A stretch of 64,000 bases of DNA from the human T2T-CHM13v2.0 reference genome, Homo sapiens. Position 1 is the first letter of the stretch; each line of letters begins with the position of its first letter. The translations under genes were made by a program, and so were the position numbers. A model generated the notes under the pieces. It searched no databases and was not told where the DNA came from. It saw nothing but the letters and a program-made list of their open reading frames with translations. Below are positions 1-14,539 of the stretch, in pieces. The stretch is taken from assembly GCF_009914755.1 (NCBI RefSeq), contig NC_060930.1; one strand, given 5' to 3'.

Positions 1-545
1 GGTAACCCATAGTGAATATTTTAGGACTGAAACTATTCCGTATCATACTGTATGAGTGGATTACACATTTCTATACTATACTAATCATTATACATTTGTC
101 AAAACCCAATTAGAGAAAAATCACACATATACGCATATACAAACCCAATAGAATGTATAACACAAAGAATGATCCCCAATGTAAACTGTGGGTTTTAGTT
201 AATAAGAATGTACCAATATGGTTCATCAATTGTAACAAATGTACCACATTAAAACAAGATGTGACTAAAAGGGGAGACTAATGAATGTAAAGACTTAAAT
301 GTTATCCTTTGCTTCATTTGCCATTTGAGAAAATGAAATCTATTATATTCACTAATATGTTATATCATAAAATAATAATACTTATAAAATGTCTTTTCAT
401 ATTAAAAAAGATTAAGACACAAAAGTTTTCTTATTTATCCCTTTGTGTAGATGAGAGAAGATGAGGGGGTATGTGGGAATTCTCTGTACTTTCTATTTAA
501 TTGTTCTTATAAATCAAAAACTGACCTCCCCAAAAGTCTGTCAAT
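1..545 (+). mobile_element. L1MC-type 3' end interrupted by a duplicated segment
   Basis: CAAATGTACCAC...AGGGGAGACT followed later by GAGGGGGTATGTGGGAATTCTCTGTACTTTCT. Confidence 0.7.
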
Positions 546-1616
546 TAAAGCAAAGGCAGAATACAAATTATAACTAATGAACATAAACACTTAAAATAAA
601 ATTATTTAAATAGATCAGGATTTCATTAATTTATTAATTCATATATTTTGAAGCTATTATTAGATGTGTAAGCTTTAGAATTGTTACCTCTTTCTGATTA
701 ATTTACCACTTTATCATTATGAAATGACCTTTTTTATCTCTAGTAATACTTCTAATTTGCTTTCAAATGTACTTTGTCTGATATTAATATAGCCACTCTA
801 GCTTTTTTTTATTCGTGTTAACATGCTGTATCTTTTCTCATAACTTCACTTGTGTCTTTATATTTAATGAGTATCTTTTCTGTAAGCAGTATATAGTTGC
901 ATTTTTCTTTTTTGTACAGTCTGACCATCTTTGCCTTTTAGTTGGAGTGATTAGACTACTTATATTTAATGTGATTATTTATTTGTCAGGCTGAAATCTA
1001 ACATCTTGCCATTTGTTTTCTGTTTGTTTCATCTGTTCTTTGTTCCCCTTTTCCTCTTTTTCTGCTTTTTTTGGATCAATTGAGTATTTGAATAATTCCG
1101 TGTATTCTTCTCTTTCAGATGACTGTAAATGCAAAGTACAGCTTGCTTTGATATCTGACGGCAGGATGACATTATGCTACCACCGTTCTGTGGACATTCC
1201 ATATGAACACACCAAACCTATCCCTCTAAACAGATCCTGTGCATAATAACTAAGAAACACATGACCAGGTGCTCAGAGCCAGATTAGAAGAATATGAGCA
1301 CCTTGAGCAAGGACCCAGATAGACCAGCTTAGCAAAATGTTTGTTACCACTAAGCACTGTTGATATCCTCATGGACAGTATCACAGTGTCATAAAAAACT
1401 GAACCCTCCAAAAGACAGATGATTTCGAGGTTCCTGGGAATCAAAGAGAAACGTTATCCTTTGCTTCATTAGCCATTTGTGAAAATGCAATCTGTTATAT
1501 TCACTAATGGATATATCATAAAAATAATAATTATAAAATCTCTTTTCATATTAAAAAATATTAAGATACAGAAGTTTTCTTATCATTTTCTGTAGTTTTA
1601 TTTCTTCCTTACCCTG

Positions 1617-1961
1617 CATATTAATCTATTCTCACACTGCTATAAATACCCAAGACTGCGTAATTTATGAAGTAAAGAGGTTTAATTGACTCACAGTTCA
1701 CTATGGCTGGGGAGGCCATATCAATTTTAAACTTACAATCAAGGCAAAAGGAGAAGCAGACACATTCTTCACAAGGCAGCTGGAGGGAGTGAGTGTGAGA
1801 GTGCGGTACCATTTATAAAACCATGAGATCTCACGAGAATGCACTATCACAAGAACAGCATGGAGGAAACCACCCCCATAATCCAATCACTTCCCTCCCT
1901 AGACACATGGGGATTACAATTCAAGATGAGATTTGGGTGGAGACACAGCCTAACCATATCA
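1617..1961 (-). mobile_element. MST/THE1-type MaLR solo LTR
   Basis: TTCTCACACTGCTATAAA...GAGATTTGGGTGGAGACACAGCCTAACCATATCA. Confidence 0.85.
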
Positions 1962-1996
1962 CCTTGTGTCAGTTCTGTATGGAGATCTTCTGTTAG

Positions 1997-2452
<456 letters not shown>

Positions 2453-3879
2453 TAAAGGAAATATAATTTTAATATTTCCATGTTACAGATTAGGAAACTG
2501 AGGCACAGACAGGTTAGTTAGCCAAATTCAAACAACCAAAAATTTGTGATGCAGTATTGCAGATTGGGTTGTCTAGAAGAATTTGCGGAGACAGAGTTTG
2601 GGATGTAAGATGTTTATTAGGCATCAGCACCCATGAAAGGAAGATATTGGAGGCAGAAGTGGGCAGAGGAAGAAGTCAAACTGGGATGGAGGCCTGTCAA
2701 AGCCTCAGTCAACCTGGCCAGGAGCTCTGTAGCATACTGTGCTCATCAGAGTATCCTGCACAGAGCTGAGATGGCCCCAGCTTTATCCCTAGGACACAAG
2801 CTGCTTTATCCCACAGGACACAAGCTGCTGGGGGAAGGTGTAACCTCAGAGGAAGCAGCTCTCTGTAGCCAAGTCAGGCCTGGAGTGCTCTGACAGTTGG
2901 ATGTGCCTTCTGACTTCATTTCTAGCAGTTGCACATCAGATCCTTCCTGAGAGGGAGAAACACAAGCAGGATACAAACTCAGGCAGTCTGGTTCCAGAAC
3001 CAGCACTTCTGACTGTGAGGATATTCTGCCTTCCTGACAGATGCATTGGGATCAAACCATGGTTGGCCTGGAATTCAGACATTCAATCCAGTCTTTTTTC
3101 TATACCATGCTTTTCCACATAGCACAACCATAACTACCTGCCCGGCATTTCGAACTATTATTGATGTTTGCAGGAGGTCCAATTGTTCTACAAAATTGAA
3201 TTTGGATGGTAAGCTAAAAAAATTATAATTCAGGATTATCTGCATACTCCACTTTATAAGTATGCAGTCTCACCATTTACATCTGGTTGACATATGTGTG
3301 GCAACAAATCAAAGCCTGGCTCCAAGTAAAGCTCAGGTGATATCTTGGTGATCCGCAGCACTGAAGGCAAATGATAGGACAGCTGAGTCATCATACAGTC
3401 TTTAGCAGCACAAGCATGCCTAACGTGAAGCACCTGTACCTCCTGAGTTACCACCACATTCGTGTTTCAAAGGAGATGCATCATACCCAATATTTAAATT
3501 CATTAGGACTAAATATGATCATAAATATTGAATAAAAACATTTTCATTAAATTAAATTCATATTTTGGCCTTTTATTTTAGCGAGCATTTTAGATTGATG
3601 TCTTATTAATGAACCATGGATTGACGATTCAGGACATATGTATAGTTTAAAAGAGAAAATCAGAACAGGGATAATGAGAGATCCTCAAATGCATGTCTAT
3701 TATATTCAAAATAAATGGTATTCAAAATATTTGGATATTTTCATATTCAAATATATTCAAAATAAAGAGAATCACATAGCTAACAAGAGAAATACAAAAC
3801 GCCCAAATGACCTTTTCTACTTTTAGAATAAACTTCCGTGGTTTTGTTTCATCAAAACAATGTTAAATCAATGCTGTTT

Positions 3880-4172
3880 TATTATTATTATTATTCTGAG
3901 TCTGGTCTCATTCTGTGGCTCTGGCTGGAGTTTGGTGGTGCAATTATGGCTTACTGCAGCCTTGACCTCAGGTGATCCTCCCACCTCAGCCTCCCAAGTA
4001 GCTGGGACTACAGGCTTGCACCATCACACCTGGCTAATTTTTGCTTTTTTTTTTTTTTCTTGTAGAGACGGGGCCTTGCTCAAGCTGGTCTCAAACTCCT
4101 GGGCTCAAGAGATCCACCCATCTTGGCCTCCCAAAGTGTTAGGATTATAGGCATAAGCCACTGTACCCAGTC
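3880..4172 (-). mobile_element. Alu (AluJ-like)
   Basis: Antisense Alu body. Confidence 0.88.
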
Positions 4173-4599
4173 TACTTTAATATTATTATTAATTTTATGC
4201 TTTTAATGTGCAAATTGGTTTGGATTTTATAGTTTTTTAAAGGGTCTACAGCCATAAGGAATTTATAGCTTGTTTATGTTTAAGTAACACTGTGTTTATA
4301 TTACATTCAAGTAACACTGTGGTAGAAATAATTTGTCAACACTGGGTGCCATATCGGTTTTTTCTTGAAAAGGGGCCCACTCATTAATTTGCAGAGATGC
4401 TGTGCCAGGTCTGTGGAAGAAATAGGTGTGAATAAGTCTAGCACCCACATTCGCACTGTAATCAATTATGAATTCCAGTTTGCATGTGGACTTTTGTAAA
4501 TGTTTCTTTGTGACTAGGGATACAGGGTTGTGGCAAAAGTTCCTGTTTCATAATTCACCTTTCTTCATCACCAAACTGTAGAAAAATAGGGTTTAAAGA

Positions 4600-5456
<857 letters not shown>

Positions 5457-6254
5457 GTAAGGCTTCTTGGCATGGAAGTATAGAGTTTCTAAATAGATGA
5501 CACAAATTCATCTAAATGAACAGAATATGGCTATACAAATGTTTAATGTATCTGTGAAAATTACACTTGTTGAAAACTAATTATTCACATTCAAAACCAG
5601 TATTTCAAGGCTTGTGGCTAAACTAATATCTGTAAAAGGCATGGCTTATGTGTTATATTCTGTTTGTGCTTTTCCGTTTCACTTTTATCTGTTCTGCAGA
5701 CGAAGGCAATGGTGCAAAAAGGAGTTTACCAGAAATGAGTATTGAGTAACAGTCTGATCTTAAAATACTTTTGCAACTTGTTATGCAAAAATCACAGTTG
5801 CAGAAAAATTGGTTTCCATAAAGAGCTATTAAGTGGATCAACTAGATTATCTCTAGATCAGATTTTTTAAAAACCCATTCTCCTTCACAGAAAACTTTTG
5901 TTCTATTTGTATACGTTAGAGCAACCAGTACATATCAAACTTCAGGCCTCTTACAAGTAAGCAAATATATCAAAGAAAAGTTTTTACTTAATTGAAATTT
6001 GGGTTAAAGTAAAGATGCAATAGTGTCAATTCAGGAATTATAGGCAGGACCACAATTTAACAAATACCAAAATAATACGATTTTTCGCCACATGTTTTCT
6101 ACCCCTATTGGCGTATCAAGCTTGGAAAAAGAAATGATCTTAGTAAACAACAAGAAATTTGCTTTTCTGTGAGAGTTATCTGTTGCATTCTTTTCTTTTT
6201 TTAGTATTTTTTCTAAGCTTACCTTAAGTTCATATTGCCCTTTTGTGCAGATAA

Positions 6255-6628
<374 letters not shown>

Positions 6629-7179
6629 TCTTCTGTGGTCTCTAACATTGTTCTTGAATTATTAATGGTGAAGAACCTGGATTTTTGTGTTGCACACTAG
6701 TATTTGAGTCTGAAGTCTTCTGCTTGTTGTTTCCTGGACAGTGGACAGGAGGCTATAGGGTTCAGTCTATTCCTCTCTTAAATAGGGTTGAGTTGTGCAC
6801 ATTTCACAAATTTGTGATGAGAAATTAAATAATATACGACGATGTGAATATGGTGCTTAGCACATTGTAACCAAACAATAGTATTGGTTATCTTTAATAT
6901 TGGTATCAGCATTATTAGGTTTATATTTTTTAATGATCTCATGTTTGCTAAAAATTGTACATTTAAAACAAGCTTCAAGGGATAAAAACTGTGTTGTCTT
7001 GTATGTGAGTAATGATGACTTGTTTGCAGTACTGAAACCTTTGCAGATTTCATCACATATCTAGAAGTAATTTAAGATATGCTTATTACATACTGAAATA
7101 TTTAAAACTTTAACTTATTATATATTGAAATATTTAAAACTTTAACAATTAACTTGATTTTACTTTGTAAATTTACATT

Positions 7180-7705
7180 TATGGGATAAAGAAAATGTGG
7201 TATATAAACACAATGGAATACTATTCCGCCATAAAAGAATGAAATCATGTCATTTGCAGCAAAATGGATGGAACTGAAGGTTATTATTTTAAGTAAAATA
7301 AGCCAGACATAGGCAAATTTCACATGTTCTTACTCATGGGAGGTAGAGAGTGGAATGATAGATAGATACCAGATGCTGGGAAGGTTGTGTGAGTGGAAAG
7401 GGGGATGAAGAGAGTCTGGTCAAAGGGTACAAATTACGGTTGGATAAAAGAAGTAAGTTCTAATGTTTATAACAGTTCTATTGTTCCATTGTTGCTAACT
7501 ATAGCTAGCAACAATGTATTGTTTATTTCAAATTAGCTAAACTAGGGAACTTGAAATGTTTCCAACATATGGAAATGATTAATAACTCAAGGTGAGGGAT
7601 ACCCCAAATACCTGGACTTGATCCTTACACATTCTATGCATGCAACAAAATATCATATGTACCCCACAAATATGTAAAATATTATGTACCAATTCAAAAC
7701 ACTAA
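7180..7705 (+). mobile_element. L1MA-type 3' end
   Basis: GGATAAAGAAAATGTGG...GAAATCATGTCATTTGCAGC...CATATGTACCCCACAAATATGT. Confidence 0.8.
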
Positions 7706-9163
7706 AAGATTTCTCATTTATATGTTTCCATCAATTTATTTCTACATTTTATGTAGAAAAGCTATATGCAAAAAGATTTGCCTGTGAATCTGGGAATATA
7801 TTTCTAGTCTGCGTGTACTGGAGAACAATTTATATGGCATACAGTCTGGTTTCTCCATAAAGCTAATAAGTGGATTGAAATAATGATATGATAATATCAC
7901 TAGGGAACATTTCTGTCAGGATTGTAGTTATAAAATTTTCAGAGATGGGATTTGGAGACTATGCTCTAGCTACTAATTAAGAAGACTGTATTAGTTAAAG
8001 TCCCAAAGGGAAATGGATAGCATATTCAAATTAGGATAATTCAAGCAGAGGTTTTAAATAAGGGGTCTATTATAAAGATATGGACAGGGTGGAGGGGAGC
8101 TGTAATGGAACCTTTGACTGAGAATCACAAGTATGGAAAAGTATCTGAAACCAGGAAGGGAGAGAGAGACGTGTAGAGAAGACCACCTTAGAGGAATTGG
8201 GGCCTTTTGTTGAGGGGCATACACGAACTTCTATTTGGAATACATTTCCTGACCTCATTCCCTGCCCCTGTCCTCCTGCCAGTTTTCCTATTTGCAGGAA
8301 AGCTATGGGGCACAGGCAGCTGTCAGAATAATCCATTCAGATCAGACTCCCAAGTCAGAGAACGGGTGGGAGGGAGGTGGAAAGTGGATTGGAGGGGCAA
8401 AAGGAGATCTCTGACACATGCTGATACTATACAAATCTAGAATTTATTTTCTCTCATTATTATGTTCACTTATGGTAACAGGTGTTTACAAATCAGAGTA
8501 GTAGCTTTATAAACATGCATTAGACAAGATCCTTATAGGCATTAAATTTTAAGCTACTTTTTAAATAATGGGGAAAAGACCCTAGCTTAAAATCTATGCT
8601 CTGTAAGAAAAAAACATATTTTCTAACCATTAATATATGAGAGCTAGACAGATATTCCTAGGTCTTGTTATGTCTAGGTGCCTCCCTCTAAAAGGCTGTA
8701 TCAGGGCCTTCAACTCAGTGCTTACTACAGTCATTCATTAACTCATCTTTCAACAAATATTTATTGAGTGTCTCTAATGTTCTAGGTATTGTGCTAGGCT
8801 CTAGGTAAAAAGGAGTAAGTGAAACAGGCATGATCCTTGCCTTCTTGAAACTTATGATTTAGTAGGTGAGTTGAATGATGTAGACAAAGCTTTAACTAGT
8901 TTTGTAAGTCTGCAATCACAGAGCTAATAAAGAGCAACAGAACCACATGATCACTGAGTGTCCAAATACAATATTTAAACATGAAAATTAGAGAGTTCAC
9001 AGAGCAGCCATTGAGGTACAAAAAAGCCACAGACTTTTAAGCAGCATATTTTCTCTCTCCTGAAAGAAAGATCTTAAACTTAAATTTAAAGCCGGCCAGT
9101 TCTGGAAAAGCTTATTCAAATATTATTTGTAAGATGAGGCAGAGGTGGCTACCAGAATCTAGA

Positions 9164-9380
9164 AAGTGCTGTCCAATATAGAAGCCAAATATTAATAACT
9201 GTCTACAATAATGGAAATATTATATTCTGCACTGTCCAAAATAGTAGACACTAGTTATCGTGGCTGTTAAGTACTTAAAATGTTGCTAATGTGGCTGAGG
9301 AACTGAATTTTTAAATTTTATTTAATTTTAATTAATTTAGATTTAATTAGCCATATGTGGCTATGGTAAAGTACAGTGTA
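9164..9380. mobile_element. MER3/MER33-like hAT-Charlie MITE
   Basis: GTGCTGTCCAATA start and AAATGTTGCTAATGTGGCTGAGGAACTGAATTTTTAAATTTTATTTAATTTT. Confidence 0.7.
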
Positions 9381-9534
9381 AATCTAGAACAAGGTGTACT
9401 GGCTGAGACTTGCTGAGCACAAGCTGCTTCATTTAACCTCATTTCCTTTTTGACAGGGTTAATAACGGTCATTAATTTACTCACACACTATCATGTGTCC
9501 TGCAGGGTATGAAATAGAAATCAAAGATAGTCTA

Positions 9535-10625
9535 AGGGGAATAAGTGTTGGCAAGGAGGTGGAGACACTGGAACCCTTGGGCATTGCAGGTATAAATGTA
9601 AAATGTCTTGGCTGTTGTGAAAAATGGTAATGATAATTCTACACAAAATTAAACATAGAATTACCATATGACCCAGCAAATTCATTTCTGGGTATATACC
9701 CCCCAAAAATGAAAGCAGGGACTCAAAGAGATATTTGTACACTCATGTTCATAGCAGCATTAGTCACAATAGCCAAAGGGTGGAAGCAACGCAAGTGTCC
9801 ATTGACAGGTGAATGGATAAACAAAATCTGGTATATACATACAATGAGTTATTACTCAGCCTTAAAAAGGAAGGAAATACTGACACATGCTACATACAGC
9901 ATGGATAAACACTAAAGTCATAATGCCAAGTGAAATAAGCTGGTCACTGAAGGACAAATATTGTATGATTCCACTTATATGAGATACTTAGAGCAGTCAA
10001 ATTCATTGAGGCAGAAAGTAAAATGGTGGAATCTAGCAATTTCACTACTGGGTATATATCCAAAGGAAATGAAATTAGTGTGATGAGATTTTTGCATGTC
10101 CCTGTTCATTGCAGCACTTTACAATAGCCAAGATATAGAATCAACATAAGTGTTCAACAGTGGATGAATGGATAAAGAAAATGTGATATATATACACAAC
10201 GAGGTACTTTCAGCCTTACAGAAGAAGGAAATCTTGTCATTGTGACAACATGAATGAACCTGGAGGACATTATGTTAAGTGAAATAAGCCAGGCACAGAA
10301 AAACAAATACCACATGATGACACTTATATGTGGAATCTAAAAACACTGAACTCATAGAAGTAGAAGTAGAACTGTGGTTATCAAGGACTGAGTTAGAGAG
10401 ATGTTAGTAAAGAAAAAAAAGTAGAATGGTGGTTGCTAAGGGTGAGAGGGAGGAGAGACCAGGGAGTTAGTGTTTAATGGGTGCAAAGTTTTAGTTGGGA
10501 AGATAAAAATGTTCAGGATGGTGGTGATGGTTACACCACAATGTGAACGTACCTGTATTTAATGCCACTGTACACTTTAACATAGTTACAATGGTAAATT
10601 CTATATTGTAAATATTTTATCACAA
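9535..10625 (+). mobile_element. L1MB-type 3' end with nested L1MA-type fragment (~10030-10420)
   Basis: Two successive L1 3' segments (GAATGGATAAA...GTGAAATAAGCC/T); A-run at ~10410-10420, after which the first element resumes. Confidence 0.75.
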
Positions 10626-11104
10626 CCATATAAGAAGTTTAAACACATTCTTTATCTGCAAAGAGTTCTCGAACTAGCATGAAAAAGAGAAATGGTAGTT
10701 GCTGGTTACTACATGGTACAGGGATACGCAATGACTATTTGACTGAGGGCCATGAAGGAGTTGCACCTCAGAAGGGTGGCTGTGCTAGAGGACCTTCCAA
10801 CCCTGGGATTCAATGGGTTTAGAGCTCTGTAAATTAGGAACGGCACTAGCGTGCAGGATGATGGCCACGGCTGACAGATCGCCATGCAACTGCCACGCCC
10901 CGCACCCAGTGCCTGCTCTGTTTTATCTGAGCTTCACCCTAAGGTCCTTATCGGTCATCATCTCTGAAAAACTCCAGACTGGAAGGGAGAGCCAAGGTCT
11001 CCAGAGAAATTTATAAAACAAGAATAATCTGGGGTTTCAGTTGGGTGTGAGCAGATCAATTGCGGAAGATAATTCAGATTGGCCATACTCTAAACCCTGT
11101 CATT

Positions 11105-11495
11105 ATGTGCCACCATGCCCGGCTAATTTTGTATTTTTAGTAGAGACGGGGTTTCTCCATGTTGGTCAGGCTGGTCTTGAACTGCCAACCTCAAGTGACT
11201 CGCCCGCCTCGGCCTCCCAAAGTGCTGGGATTATAGGCCTGAGCCACGGCGTCCAGCTCTTGCTTTTAATTTCATTGATAAAATATGTTCTTGCCTCCAC
11301 ATTTACCAGCATCTCTGCCATACTTTCTGAATAGCTGGGACAACAGGCATGCACCACCGCACCCGGCTAATTCTTTGATTTTTAGTAAAGACAAGATCTC
11401 CCTATGTTGCCCAGGCTGGTCTCTAACTCCCGGGCTCAAGTGATCCTCCTACCCTGTCCTCCCAAAGTGCTGGGTTTACAGGCTACCACACAGCT
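11105..11495 (-). mobile_element. Two partial antisense Alu fragments (~11105-11256, ~11330-11495)
   Basis: Left-arm Alu sequences. Confidence 0.75.
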
Positions 11496-12379
11496 GAGAT
11501 TATCATTTGAATCCATGAGGAAGACTGCCTGAAAAAGTAAATTGTGGATGGGGAGGGAAGGGGAAGATTGCTGGGGATTAAGTGTGGCATTTTGGACACA
11601 TTCAGTTTGGAGTTGTTCTCTCCTGTTACCAGGGATGAACTCTTTCTTCTGTTTTACCCTAAATTTCCATGTGTGCATTGGATTGCACACCTGCTCATCT
11701 ACTCAAGAACATTGCTCCAGCATGTAACCCATTTTTTCTCCCCCATATCATCCCTCTTTCCATTCCTTTTGGTTCATGCTGGTGAGCAAACAAACATGTA
11801 TAGCTTCTAATTAAAAAAAAAAAAAACTGCTTTGACTATATGGTTCCTTCCTGTTTCTACTCCATTTCTTTGTCTTCATCTGATGTTTTTATTCTTTCAC
11901 TCCAAACAGGCTTTGGTCATCCCCCACTAAAACTCTTCTTACCAAGCTCACCACTGACCTCCATGTGGCCAAGCCCATTCCTCAGTTTTCCGTCCTAATT
12001 TTACACACTGTAGCAGCATTTCACAGTTAATTGTTCTTTTTTACAAAAATTTTTTTAATTTGGCTCCTGAAACGTGCTCTCTCTTGGTTTATCTATCTCA
12101 CTAATCAGAACTTCTCATTCTCTTTTTTTGATTCTTTATCTTCCTAACCTCTGAACTTTGGAGCATGCCAGGACTCAGACTTCAGACATCCCCATTCTGT
12201 CTGCACACCATCTATATGCTAAAGAACTCCAAATATATACCACCATCCCAGACTCACCTAACCAACTGCCTTCATGACAACTTGACAACTCCAAACTGAA
12301 GGTGTCCAAAATGCCACTCTTAATCCCCAGCAATCTTCACCTTTCCTCCCCATCCACAATTTACTTTTTCAGGCAGTCT

Positions 12380-12670
12380 TCTCCATGGATTCAAAGGTTA
12401 ATCTCAGCTGAGCATGGTAACTGATGCCTGTTAACCCAGCACTTTGGGAGGCCAAGGTGGGAGGATCACTTGAGCAGGGGAGGTCGAGGCTGCAGGGAAC
12501 CATGATCATGCCACTGCACTGCAGCTTGGGCAACAGAGTGAGCTGCTGTCTCAAAAAAATTAAAAATGTCATCAGCAAGCACCCTCACAGACACACCCAG
12601 GATAATGTTTTACCAAATATCTGGGCACCCCATGGTCCAATAAATTTGACACATCAAATTAACCATCACA
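12380..12670 (-). mobile_element. MLT2-type LTR fragment interrupted by a sense Alu monomer (~12408-12560)
   Basis: CCTCACAGACACACCCAGGATAATGTTTTACC...TTGACACATCAAATTAACCATCACA. Confidence 0.65.
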
Positions 12671-13094
12671 GCTTTCTAACTCGTTGGCCTGTTTTAATCT
12701 TTGTCCTTTAATCTGTCCTCAACAAAACGGTAGATTAAAAAAACAACCAGCAACATCATTTAGCTTCTCTGATAAACATTCTTCAGTCTTCCTGTCTCAA
12801 TCAATGTAAAATGTAAAGACTATCATGACTACCAATGCCCTACATGCTCTACTCCCCACTCCTAGCCCCACCACCATCACTCTTCCTGGACTCTGTTTTG
12901 CCCACGCTGATATTTCTCCCAGAAGCCCAGCATGCTCCTGCCTCGGGGCCTTTACATCCACTGATTCCTAGGCTTGAAATGATCTTAATCCCAATAGCTG
13001 CATTGTTTCCTCCCTCAATGATTCTCTTATCTTAGATGGCTTTGCAATATACCCATTTTTAAAAATATAACATACCTCATCCCTCTTATTTTAC

Positions 13095-14070
13095 TTTCTT
13101 TTAAAATAAACTGTATTTTTTAGAACCGTTTTAGATTTACAGAACAACTGCAAAGGTAGTACAGAATTTCCATAAATTCCATTTCAGATTTCCCTATGAT
13201 TACCATCTTACATTACATTCCTCACAACTAATTAATCAACCTTGATTCTTATTACTAATGAAAGTCCATGCTTTATTTAGATTTCCTTAGTTTTTCCCCA
13301 AGTCCTTTTTCTGTCCCAGGATCCCATCCAGGATACCACATTACATTTAGTTTTCACGTCTCCTGAGTTTCTTCTAGGCTGCGGCAGTTTTTCAGACTTT
13401 CCTTATTTTATTTTATTTTTTGTAGAGACAGCATCTGGCTATGTCGGCCAGATCAGGCCTCGAACTCCTGGCCTCAAGCAATCCTCTCGCTTCAGCCTCT
13501 CAAAGTGTACGGATTACAGGCGTGAGCCACGTCTGGACTGTACTTTCCTTACTTTTGATAACCTGACAACTTTGAGGAATATTGGTCAGGTATTTTGTAG
13601 GATGTTCCACTACTGGAATTTGTTTGATATTTTTCTCATTATGAGACTGAGGTTATGGTTTTCCAGGAGGGAGACCACACATGTAATATGCCACATTCAT
13701 CACATCATATTGACTACATGCCATCAATGAGTCACGATTGTTGACGTTGGCTTAGAACATCTGGCTGGGGTAGTGTCTGTCGGCTTTCTCCATTGTAAAC
13801 CTACTGTTTTTCCCTTTCCACATTGTACTATTTTGGAGGAAGTCACTGTGCACAGCCTAGGGTACATGATCTACATAAATTATTTGGAATTATTCTGTAT
13901 AGGAGATTTGTCTCCTCTCCGCCTTTTATTTATTTATTCAATTATTTATTTATATCAGTGTAGACTCATGGATTTTTTTACTTTGGCTTGTAATCCAATA
14001 CTACCTTGTTTAGTTTACTTCGTTGCTCAAATGGTTCCATCTTTGGCAACTGGGAGCTTTCAGGTGGTTC
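13095..14070 (-). mobile_element. Old L1M fragment with inserted Alu monomer (~13400-13540)
   Basis: TTTTAGATTTACAGAACAACTGCAAAGGTAGTACAGAATTTCC and GGATCCCATCCAGGATACCACATTACATTTAG motifs. Confidence 0.65.
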
Positions 14071-14112
14071 CTGTGTCTAAACATTCTGCCATCAAGGCAG
14101 GATTCGTTCTTT

Positions 14113-14422
14113 AGTTTTATTTTTTTTCTTCTCATTCAATTGAGACAGCGTCTCATTCTGTCGCCCAGGCTGGAGTACAGTGGCGCGATCTCGGCTCACT
14201 GCATCCTTGACCTCTCAGCCTCAAGTGATCCTCCCACCTTAGCCTCCCGAGCAGCTGGGATCACAGCGTGCGCCACCACGCCCAGTTAATTTTTTTATTT
14301 TTTGTAGAGATAGGCTTTCACCACATCGCTCAGGCTGGTCTCAAACTCCTGGGCTCAAGAGATCCTCCCCCTTCGGCCTCCCAAAGTGTTAGGAATACGC
14401 GCGTGAGCCACCGCGCCCGGCC
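14113..14422 (-). mobile_element. Alu bordering the CpG island
   Basis: Antisense Alu body with many retained CpGs. Confidence 0.9.
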
Positions 14423-14539
14423 CGATTTTTCCTTTTTTGAGTATCACTTCCTTACTTTTCAGCCTCAGCCTTGTTTTTCAAGGTGCTTTACCACCACCTG
14501 GCACAATCCACACTTTCTATTTATCCCTCCCCGTTAAAG

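Noticed and set aside
2780-2829. Short slippage doublets (also ~7093-7145, ~40816-40862, 53106-53131)
   Set aside because: Ordinary two-copy microduplications with no spacer-repeat array structure and no evident function.
5660-5750. Strong acceptor-like sequence TTTTATCTGTTCTGCAG at 5699
   Set aside because: No convincing downstream donor; cannot support an exon from sequence alone.
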